Below, one piece after another: positions 57,336 to 64,000 of a stretch of 64,000 bases of DNA. A program made the position numbers and the translations under genes. Within the stretch, counting starts at the first letter, position 1. Every line of letters begins with the position of its first letter. The DNA is from Pseudomonadota bacterium. GTDB lineage: Bacteria > Pseudomonadota > Gammaproteobacteria > Pseudomonadales > Pseudomonadaceae. The stretch spans positions 2,545 through 66,544 of the forward strand of contig JAZKHB010000015.1 in assembly GCA_040385585.1 (NCBI GenBank), read 5' to 3'. The notes under the pieces were generated by a model that saw nothing but the letters and a program-made list of their open reading frames with translations, was not told the origin of the DNA and made no database searches.

Positions 57336-57737
57336 TCAGCGACGGTATTCACCGGCGGCTTCTGGCTGGTATTCCACCGCCAGCAGGGTCAGTTTGATCA
57401 GCTTGCCGCCGGGGCCCGGCCAGTCGATATGCTGCCCGACCGTCAGTCCGAGCAGGGCGCTGCCGACCGGCGCGAGAACAGATACCGTCCCGGCCGGGCC
57501 GGCATCCTGGGGATAGACCAGGGTCAGGTGATAATCCTTGCCGCTGCCGTCTTCGCGGCAATGCACCCGCGAGTTCATGGTCACCACGCCCGATGGGACC
57601 TCGTCGTGGCCGACCACCTGGGCCCGCGCCAGCTCGTGGGCCAGCGCCTCGCTGGCGGCGGAGTCCAGCCCGTCCAGCAGCAGCTCGAGGCGTTGCAGAT
57701 CCAGACGGGTAATGGTGATGGGGGGTGAGCTGTTCAT
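57336..57737 (-). CDS. rnk: Nucleoside diphosphate kinase regulator (GreA/GreB C-terminal fold)
   Basis: 133 aa. MNSSPPITITRLDLQRLELLL...VTMNSRV...LTLVYPQDA...VSVLAPVGSALLG. The track ORF is over-extended at the N-terminus. Confidence 0.88.
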   Translation of the reverse strand: MNSSPPITITRLDLQRLELLLDGLDSAASEALAHELARAQVVGHDEVPSGVVTMNSRVHCREDGSGKDYHLTLVYPQDAGPAGTVSVLAPVGSALLGLTVGQHIDWPGPGGKLIKLTLLAVEYQPEAAGEYRR

Positions 57738-57780
57738 GGTCGGCGTGAGTCTCCTGGCGAAGCTGAACGGAAGCGCTGAA

Positions 57781-57807
57781 AAAGCAAAACCCCGCCCAAT
57801 GGCGGGG
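57781..57807 (-). terminator. Rho-independent terminator downstream of the cyaY/DUF1289 unit
   Basis: Minus strand: CCCCGCC-ATTG-GGCGGGG followed by TTTTGCTTT. Confidence 0.75.
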
Positions 57808-57865
57808 TTCTGACCTGAAATTCTTTGTCCGACCCTATCACAGGGCAACAAATAAACAAGACGCC

Positions 57866-58036
57866 TCAGCCACCGCGATGCGGTTGCGCCAGGCGCGCCT
57901 GAGCCTTGCTGCAAATGGCCCGCCGCGTGGCGCTGTCGGCCTGGCCCCAGGCGAGTATTTCCGCCAGGGAGCGGCCGCAACCCAGGCAGAGGTCCTGGTC
58001 GTCCAGGCAACACTGGCGCCGGCAGGGCGACGCCAC
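57866..58036 (-). CDS. DUF1289-like small Cys-rich protein
   Basis: (V)ASPCRRQCCLDDQDLCLGCGRSLAEILAW, the Cys pattern of DUF1289. No ATG is available; GTG 58036 or TTG 58072 are candidate starts. Confidence 0.6.
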   Translation of the reverse strand: MASPCRRQCCLDDQDLCLGCGRSLAEILAWGQADSATRRAICSKAQARLAQPHRGG

Positions 58037-58052
58037 CGGCGCCCCGTCGGGC

Positions 58053-58385
58053 TCAGAGCTCTTCGAACTCAAGTTGCTCGCCCGCCTGCTCGAAGGTGAT
58101 GCGCACCAGCATCTCACCCAACAATTCGTCGCTGCTGTCGCAGATCCAGCGCTCGCTGTCCGGGTCGTAGTCGAAGTGAAAGCCACCGCTACGCGCCGTC
58201 AGCCAGAGCTGGCGAATCGGCGCCTGCCGACTGAAGACCAGCTGGCTGCCGTTCTCGAAACGCACCGTCAGTACCCCGGCGGAGTTATCCAGGTCCAGAT
58301 CCAGGTCGCAGTCATCGAAAATATCCTCCACGGCTTGCTGAGTGGCATCGACCAGGTCGTGGAAACGGGCTTCGCTCAAACTCAT
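58053..58385 (-). CDS. cyaY: Frataxin homolog CyaY
   Basis: MSLSEARFHDLVDATQQAVEDIFDD...GVLTVRFENGSQLVFSRQAPIRQLWLTARSGGFHFDY. Confidence 0.94.
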   Translation of the reverse strand: MSLSEARFHDLVDATQQAVEDIFDDCDLDLDLDNSAGVLTVRFENGSQLVFSRQAPIRQLWLTARSGGFHFDYDPDSERWICDSSDELLGEMLVRITFEQAGEQLEFEEL

Positions 58386-58659
58386 GGATTACCTCGGCGC
58401 ATCTCGGAACATAAGGGAGCGGCTCGCGCGGCTGCAGGCCGGCAACACCGCAAAACGCAGCGCATCAGGTGCCGGAGTCTACCGCCGGGCAACGCCCAGG
58501 TTAAGCCTGTTCGTGGCCGCGGATCGGTGCTAGCCCTGTCGTCGAGATGAGCGCAGCGGCGGGGCAAAGCCCCGTCCGGCGGCCCTGTGGCGCAGAGACA
58601 AGGCGTCGGGGGGCCGGTATACTCCCGCGCAATCACTGCTTTTTTACAAGGATTTCGCC

Positions 58660-58797
58660 ATGCAACGGCTGCTCTCCGCCCTGATCGCGCTCGTCGCCGT
58701 CACCACCCTGCTCGCCGGCTGCGGCCAGAAAGGCCCGCTGTTCCTGCCCGAACCGCCCGCGCCCGCCGAACAGTCCGCACAGCCCGACGCCGAATAA
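58660..58797 (+). CDS. Small lipoprotein (LppL / YifL-LptM-like) upstream of lysA
   Basis: Own translation: MQRLLSALIALVAVTTLLAGCGQKGPLFLPEPPAPAEQSAQPDAE. Lipobox LLAGC. 45 aa, below the ORF-track cut-off. Confidence 0.8.
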   Translation: MQRLLSALIALVAVTTLLAGCGQKGPLFLPEPPAPAEQSAQPDAE

Positions 58798-58806
58798 GGA
58801 AGCGCC

Positions 58807-60078
58807 ATGAACGCCTTCAACTACCGCGCAGGTCAGCTGTTCGCGGAAGGGGTGGCGCTGTCCGCCATTGCCGACCGCTTCGGCACCCCGACCTATGTTT
58901 ACTCCCGCGCCCATATCGAGGCGCAGTACCGCGCCTATGCCGACGCCCTGCAGGGCGTACCGCACCTGGTCTGCTACGCGGTCAAGGCCAACTCCAACCT
59001 GGGCGTGCTGAATGTCTTGGCACGCCTGGGGGCCGGTTTCGACATCGTCTCCCTCGGTGAACTGGAGCGGGTACTGGCCGCTGGCGGCGCACCGGACAAG
59101 ATCGTCTTTTCCGGCGTGGGCAAGAGCCGGGCCGACATGCGCCGCGCCCTGGAAGTGGGTGTGCACTGCTTCAACGTTGAATCCAGTGACGAGCTGGAAC
59201 GCCTGCAAGCCGTGGCCGCCGAGCTGGGCGTGATCGCCCCCGTGTCCCTGCGGGTCAATCCGGACGTGGACGCCGGCACCCATCCCTATATCTCCACGGG
59301 GCTCAAGGAAAACAAGTTCGGCATCGGCATCGACGCCGCCGAGGCGGTTTATGCCCGCGCCGATGCCTTGCCGAACCTGCAGGTACTGGGGGTCGATTGC
59401 CATATCGGCTCGCAACTGACCAGTCTGCCGCCCTTTCTCGATGCCCTGGAGCGTTTGCTGGGGTTGATCGATCGTCTGGCCGAGCGAGGCATCCCGATTC
59501 AGCACCTGGACCTGGGTGGCGGGCTCGGCGTGCAGTACCGCGACGAGCAGCCGCCGCTGGCCGGCGACTACATCCAGGCCGTGCGCGAACGCATCGAGGG
59601 CCGCGACCTGAAGCTGGTGTTCGAACCGGGCCGCTCCATCGTCGCCAATGCCGGGGTGTTGCTGACCCGGGTGGAATACCTCAAGCACACCGAGCACAAG
59701 GACTTCGCCATCGTCGATGCGGCGATGAACGACCTGATCCGCCCAGCCCTCTACCAGGCCTGGATGGACGTGATCCCGGTGGTCCCGCGCGACAACGCCG
59801 GGCGCTTCTACGACGTGGTCGGACCGATCTGCGAAACCGGTGATTTCCTGGCCCGCAGCCGCGAACTGGCCCTGGCCGAAGGCGACCTGCTGGCCGTCTG
59901 CTCGGCCGGTGCCTACGGCTTCGTCATGAGCTCCAACTACAACACCCGCGGCCGCGCGGCCGAGGTGTTGGTGGACGGCGAGCGAATGCTCGAGGTGCGC
60001 CGCCGCGAGACCGTGCAGGAACTCTTCGCCGGCGAAAGCCTGTTGCCGCCAGCGGTTGCACTCGCGTCTGAAGGATAG
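58807..60078 (+). CDS. lysA: Diaminopimelate decarboxylase
   Basis: [17 protein letters not shown]...[12 protein letters not shown] (PLP Lys)...[11 protein letters not shown]. Confidence 0.96.
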   Translation: MNAFNYRAGQLFAEGVALSAIADRFGTPTYVYSRAHIEAQYRAYADALQGVPHLVCYAVKANSNLGVLNVLARLGAGFDIVSLGELERVLAAGGAPDKIVFSGVGKSRADMRRALEVGVHCFNVESSDELERLQAVAAELGVIAPVSLRVNPDVDAGTHPYISTGLKENKFGIGIDAAEAVYARADALPNLQVLGVDCHIGSQLTSLPPFLDALERLLGLIDRLAERGIPIQHLDLGGGLGVQYRDEQPPLAGDYIQAVRERIEGRDLKLVFEPGRSIVANAGVLLTRVEYLKHTEHKDFAIVDAAMNDLIRPALYQAWMDVIPVVPRDNAGRFYDVVGPICETGDFLARSRELALAEGDLLAVCSAGAYGFVMSSNYNTRGRAAEVLVDGERMLEVRRRETVQELFAGESLLPPAVALASEG

Positions 60079-60082
60079 GGCC

Positions 60083-60913
60083 ATGTTGCTGCGTTTCACC
60101 AAGATGCACGGCCTAGGCAACGATTTCATGGTCCTCGACCTGGTCAGCCAGCACGCGCATATCCTGCCCAAGCATGCCAAGCAATGGGGCGATCGCCACA
60201 CCGGCATCGGCTTCGATCAGCTGCTGCTGGTCGAGGCGCCGACCAACCCGGACGTGGACTTCCGCTACCGCATCTTCAATGCCGACGGCTCGGAAGTGGA
60301 GCAGTGCGGCAATGGCGCGCGCTGCTTCGCCCGTTTCGTGCTGGACAAGCGCCTGACCATGAAGCGGCAGATCCGTGTGGAAACCGCTGGCGGCATCATC
60401 GAACTGGATATGCGCGACGATGGCCTGGTCAGCGTGAACATGGGTGCCCCGCGCCTGGCGCCGGCACAGGTTCCGTTCCAGGCCGAGGCCCAGGCCCTGA
60501 GCTACCCGATCGAGGTCGACGGCCAGACCCTCGCGCTGGCCGCCGTGTCCATGGGCAACCCCCACGGCGTGCTGCGCGTGGATGACGTGATACAGGCACC
60601 GGTGCACAGCCTGGGGCCGAAGCTGGAACAGCACCCGCGTTTTCCGCAGCGGGCCAATATCGGCTTCCTGCAGGTGCTCGACCGCCAACATGCGCGGCTG
60701 CGTGTCTGGGAACGCGGCGCCGGGGAAACCCAGGCCTGCGGCACCGGCGCCTGCGCCGCAGCGGTGGCCGCCATCAGCCAGGGCTGGATGGATTCGCCGC
60801 TGCAGATCGAGCTCCCAGGCGGCCGCCTGGCCCTGGAATGGGCAGGGCCCGGGCAGCCGGTTATGATGACCGGCCCCGCCGTACGGGTTTACGAAGGACA
60901 GGTGCGCCTATGA
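60083..60913 (+). CDS. dapF: Diaminopimelate epimerase
   Basis: [19 protein letters not shown]...[13 protein letters not shown]...[13 protein letters not shown] (both catalytic Cys motifs). Confidence 0.96.
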   Translation: MLLRFTKMHGLGNDFMVLDLVSQHAHILPKHAKQWGDRHTGIGFDQLLLVEAPTNPDVDFRYRIFNADGSEVEQCGNGARCFARFVLDKRLTMKRQIRVETAGGIIELDMRDDGLVSVNMGAPRLAPAQVPFQAEAQALSYPIEVDGQTLALAAVSMGNPHGVLRVDDVIQAPVHSLGPKLEQHPRFPQRANIGFLQVLDRQHARLRVWERGAGETQACGTGACAAAVAAISQGWMDSPLQIELPGGRLALEWAGPGQPVMMTGPAVRVYEGQVRL

Positions 60914-61608
60914 CCGATCAGGTCGCTGCAACCGAGCCGCTCGACGCCGAAGCCGTGGCCGCCTACCTGCGCGCCCATCCAGACTTCTTTGTCGAACACG
61001 ACGAGCTGCTGGCCGAACTGCGCCTGCCGCATCAGCGTGGCGACACCGTGTCACTGGTCGAGCGTCAGGTCCAGCTGCTTCGCGAGCGCAGCATCGAGCT
61101 GCGTCATCGCCTGGCCCAGCTGATGGACGTGGCCCGGGACAACGACCGGCTGTTCGACAAGACCCGCCGCCTGGTGCTCGACCTACTCGATGCCACCAGC
61201 CTGGAAGAAGTGGTCGGCACGGTGGAGGACAGCCTGCGCCATGCCTTCCAGGTCCCCTTCGTCAGCCTGATCCTCTTCAGCGAAAGCCCCCTGGGGGTCG
61301 GCCGCTCGGTCAGCATCGCCGAGGCGCACCAGGCCGTCGGCGGCTTGCTGACCGGAGGCAAGAGCATCTGCGGCGTGCTGCGCAGCCATGAACTGGCCTT
61401 CCTGTTCGGCGAAGAGCAGGGCCCGCTGGTCGGCTCGGCCGCCGTGGTCACCCTGACTTACCAGGGCTTGCATGGCGTATTGGCCATCGGCAGCAGCGAT
61501 CCGCAGCACTACAAGAGCTCCCTGGGCACCCTGTTTCTCGGCTATATCGGCGAGGTGCTGGCGCGGGTACTGCCACGCTTCGCCACGCCGCTACGCTCGG
61601 TCAGGTAG
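60910..61608 (+). CDS. DUF484-family protein (YigA-like)
   Basis: [52 protein letters not shown] overlap with dapF. Conserved dapF-xerC operon position. Confidence 0.8.
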   Translation: MTDQVAATEPLDAEAVAAYLRAHPDFFVEHDELLAELRLPHQRGDTVSLVERQVQLLRERSIELRHRLAQLMDVARDNDRLFDKTRRLVLDLLDATSLEEVVGTVEDSLRHAFQVPFVSLILFSESPLGVGRSVSIAEAHQAVGGLLTGGKSICGVLRSHELAFLFGEEQGPLVGSAAVVTLTYQGLHGVLAIGSSDPQHYKSSLGTLFLGYIGEVLARVLPRFATPLRSVR

Positions 61609-61643
61609 GGCTGCGCAGCACTCTATCCACCCGAGGGCGTTCC

Positions 61644-62543
61644 ATGCAAAGCCAGCTCGACGCCTACCTGGATCACCTGCGCACTGAGCGGCAGGTCTCG
61701 CCCCATACCCTGACGGCCTATCGCCAGGACCTGCACAAGTTACTGGCGCTTTGCGAGCAGCAAGCCATTGACGGCTGGGCGGCCCTGGAGGTGCGCAGCC
61801 TGCGCCGCTTTGTCGCCCAACTGCACCAGCAGGGCCAGTCCAGCCGCAGCCTGGCGCGGTTGTTGTCGGCGACCCGCGGCCTGTACCTGTACCTGTCTCG
61901 TCAGGGTCTGTGCCAGCACGATCCGGCCAGCGGCGTGACGCCGCCCAAGGGCGAACGCCGCCTGCCGCGCACCCTGGACGCGGACCGCGCCCTGCAACTG
62001 CTGGACGGCACGGTAGAAGACGATTTTATCGCCCGCCGCGACCAGGCCATGCTCGAGCTGTTCTACTCTTCGGGCCTGCGCCTGTCCGAGCTGGTGGGCC
62101 TGAACCTGCAGCAGCTGGACCTTGCCGAGGGCCTGGTGCAAGTCCTGGGCAAAGGCAGCAAGGTGCGCGTGCTGCCGGTCGGGCGCCTGGCTCGCGAAGC
62201 CCTGAGCCAGTGGCTGGCGCTGCGCGTGCTGGCCAACCCGGCCGACGACGCGGTGTTTATCAGCCAGCAGGGCCGGCGCCTTGGCCCGCGGGCGATCCAG
62301 CTGCGGGTGCGCCAGGCCGGCGTGCGCGAACTGGGCCAGCACCTGCACCCGCATATGCTGCGCCATTCCTTCGCCAGTCATCTGCTGGAGTCCTCCCAGG
62401 ACCTGCGCGCGGTGCAGGAGCTGCTCGGGCATGCCGATATCGGCACCACGCAGATCTACACCCACCTGGATTTCCAGCACCTGGCCACGGTCTATGACAA
62501 CGCCCATCCGCGGGCAAAACGCAGCAAAGGCAGCGACGCATGA
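61644..62543 (+). CDS. xerC: Site-specific tyrosine recombinase XerC
   Basis: 299 aa. [55 protein letters not shown] (R-H-R-Y residues). Confidence 0.94.
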   Translation: MQSQLDAYLDHLRTERQVSPHTLTAYRQDLHKLLALCEQQAIDGWAALEVRSLRRFVAQLHQQGQSSRSLARLLSATRGLYLYLSRQGLCQHDPASGVTPPKGERRLPRTLDADRALQLLDGTVEDDFIARRDQAMLELFYSSGLRLSELVGLNLQQLDLAEGLVQVLGKGSKVRVLPVGRLAREALSQWLALRVLANPADDAVFISQQGRRLGPRAIQLRVRQAGVRELGQHLHPHMLRHSFASHLLESSQDLRAVQELLGHADIGTTQIYTHLDFQHLATVYDNAHPRAKRSKGSDA

Positions 62544-63250
62544 GTATCAAGTTGATCACCTTCGACCTGGACGACACCCTCTGGGATGTGGCGCCGGTGA
62601 TGCACGGCGCCGAAGCCACGCTGCGCGACTGGCTGGCCCTGGAGGCCCCGCGCCTGGGACCTGTCCCGGTGGAGCACCTGTGGACCTTCCGCGCACGCCT
62701 GCTGGCGGCCGAACCGGCGCTCAGGCATCGCCTGAGCGAACTGCGCCGGCGCATCCTGCTGCACGCCCTGGAAGACGCCGGCTATCCTGCGGCCGAGGCG
62801 CAGCTACTGGCCGAGGCGGGCTTTCAGGTCTTTCTCGAGGCCCGCCATCGGGTCGCGCTGTTTGCCGAGGTGCACCCGACCCTGGAACTCCTGGCGCAAC
62901 GCTTCCAGCTGGCAGTGATCACCAACGGCAACGCCGATGTGCGGCGCCTGGGCCTGGCCGATTACTTCCGCTTCGCCCTCTGTGCCGAGGAGCTGGGTGT
63001 TGGCAAGCCAGACCCGCGGCCCTTCCAGCAGGCGCTGCACCGCGCCGGGGTGAGCGCTGCACAGGCCGTGCATATCGGCGACCACCCCGAGGACGATATC
63101 GGCGGCGCCCATGCCGCCGGGATGCAGGCCATCTGGTTCAACCCGGCCGGCAAGCCCTGGACCGGCGCCACACAGGCCCATGCCGAAATCCGCAGCCTGG
63201 CCGAGCTGCCTGCGCTGCTGGGCGACTGGGGTTCCCGCACGGGAGCCTGA
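62540..63250 (+). CDS. HAD-family hydrolase (YigB-like)
   Basis: [13 protein letters not shown] (motif I), [25 protein letters not shown] overlap with xerC. Confidence 0.85.
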   Translation: MSIKLITFDLDDTLWDVAPVMHGAEATLRDWLALEAPRLGPVPVEHLWTFRARLLAAEPALRHRLSELRRRILLHALEDAGYPAAEAQLLAEAGFQVFLEARHRVALFAEVHPTLELLAQRFQLAVITNGNADVRRLGLADYFRFALCAEELGVGKPDPRPFQQALHRAGVSAAQAVHIGDHPEDDIGGAHAAGMQAIWFNPAGKPWTGATQAHAEIRSLAELPALLGDWGSRTGA

Positions 63251-63251
63251 C

Positions 63252-63298
63252 GCCCTAAAGCCCTAAAGCCCTGTAGCCCTGTAGCCCTGTAGTCCGTA
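63252..63298. repeat. 8-bp tandem microsatellite (GCCCTAAA x2, GCCCTGTA x3, one degenerate unit)
   Basis: Read directly: GCCCTAAAGCCCTAAAGCCCTGTAGCCCTGTAGCCCTGTAGTCCGTA, starting 2 nt after the HAD stop codon. Confidence 0.85.
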
Positions 63299-63357
63299 GC
63301 CGAACAGATACAGCGCAGTACGCACGTCTGCTTTCTATATCGACAGCGGGCGAAGCC

Positions 63358-63390
63358 ATAAAAAACCCGCCAACAAGGCGGGTTTTTTAC
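63358..63390. terminator. Bidirectional rho-independent terminator
   Basis: ATAAAAAACCCGCCAACAAGGCGGGTTTTTTAC, between the convergent HAD gene and the sutA-like gene. Confidence 0.85.
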
Positions 63391-63399
63391 GACAAGACC

Positions 63400-63720
63400 T
63401 TAGATAGGCCGGCTGCCGTATTTGCTATCGGGCTTCTTGGGCGGATCGGCCACCACATTGGGCTCGACTTCCTGCACCTGACCGCCACGGGAGAGGAACT
63501 CTTCCATGGCGCGAGCCAGGGCATCGCGCTCCTTCTGCTTGGCCTCGACACTGGGCAATTCGTCGACTTCGACGGCCTTGGTCTTCTTGCTCGGTGCGAC
63601 TGCGCGTTCGCTTTCGCCGTCCGGGTCCTCATCGGCCTCGCCATCGTCCGCAGCTGCCAGCTCCTCGCCTTCGTCCTCGGCGTTTTCCACTTCGTCGTGT
63701 TCCAGGTCTTCGTCGCTCAT
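63400..63720 (-). CDS. sutA: Acidic RNA-polymerase-associated protein, SutA-like
   Basis: 106 aa. Very acidic N-terminus (MSDEDLEHDEVENAEDEGEE...) and conserved C-terminus LPSVEAKQKERDALARAMEEFLSRGGQVQEVEPNVVADPPKKPDSKYGSRPI, as I recall for SutA. Confidence 0.6.
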   Translation of the reverse strand: MSDEDLEHDEVENAEDEGEELAAADDGEADEDPDGESERAVAPSKKTKAVEVDELPSVEAKQKERDALARAMEEFLSRGGQVQEVEPNVVADPPKKPDSKYGSRPI

Positions 63721-63794
63721 GTTCTACCTCATGACTGCGAAAGCAGATTAGTTATAGCCCAGCGGCGCCAGCTTTCGAGCACCGCCGAAAAAAA

Positions 63795-64000
63795 TCACCG
63801 CGCCTCGCCCTGCAGGGTGGCCAGCACTCGGCGTGCCCCCCCATTGTCGCGGTGCTCACCCAAATAGATGCCCTGCCAGGTACCCAGTGCCAAGCGTCCT
63901 TCGGTTATCGGCAGGCTAAGCTGAAACCCGAGCACACTGGCCTTGATATGCGCCGGCATGTCGTCCGCACCTTCCTCGTCGTGTTCGTAACCATACCCAT
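63795..64000 (-). CDS. YjbQ/UPF0047-family protein (secondary thiamine-phosphate-synthase-like); 5' end lies outside the window
   Basis: Own translation of the minus strand: ...[67 protein letters not shown], stop at 63795-63797. Confidence 0.75.
   Translation of the reverse strand, partial: GYGYEHDEEGADDMPAHIKASVLGFQLSLPITEGRLALGTWQGIYLGEHRDNGGARRVLATLQGEAR

Noticed and set aside
61644-62543. Tyrosine recombinase as a possible marker of an integrated mobile element
   Set aside because: It sits in the universally conserved dapF-DUF484-xerC-HAD housekeeping operon and has XerC motifs. There are no flanking att-like repeats, tRNA genes or cargo genes.
1-64000. Search for tRNA, rRNA, CRISPR arrays, IS elements and prophage genes
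   Set aside because: None was recognised in the intergenic regions by eye: no GGTTCGAATCC-type T-loops, no repeat-spacer arrays and no transposase-like ORFs. tRNAscan/Infernal/ISfinder would be needed to confirm their absence.

Overview
High-GC (about 63-66% in 60-nt lines counted by hand) chromosomal segment with clear Pseudomonas core gene content: thyA-lgt, rppH-ptsP, ilvA, rpiA, serA, algP, algQ, dsbB, hemYXDC, algR-algZ, argH, cyaA, cyaY, lysA-dapF-xerC. I support about 70 CDS. I recognised no rRNA, tRNA, CRISPR array, transposase or phage integrase, but that was a scan by eye only. The one clearly accessory block is the first 11.3 kb, a Ter (TerD-family) island. It has terZABCDE on the + strand. 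A tightly overlapped minus-strand operon runs divergently from it: ATP-grasp, a TerD-like domain fused to a trypsin-like serine protease, a DUF1523 membrane protein, two PRTase-fold proteins, a HAD phosphatase and an HpcH-type C-C lyase. This operon continues past the left edge of the window. A further TerD-domain gene (TerF-like, TerD+vWA) lies 3.7 kb away, beyond a core thyA-lgt-tauE-NRDE block. This enzyme/Ter association has been noted in comparative genomics, but its product and mechanism are unknown. It is my best candidate for an undescribed stress or anti-phage system, and the TerD::protease fusion is its most unusual part. The remaining sequence is housekeeping: a polyamine ABC/acetylpolyamine amidohydrolase cluster, two tandem SdiA-regulated-type propeller paralogs, and the heme, alginate-regulator, arginine and lysine genes. 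It also carries several small curiosities: REP-like palindromes, a 102-bp duplication in algP, an A9 tract in a LysE gene, an 8-bp microsatellite and a small lipoprotein gene missing from the ORF track. All family calls come from my reading of the translations. No database search was run, and start codons are best guesses.
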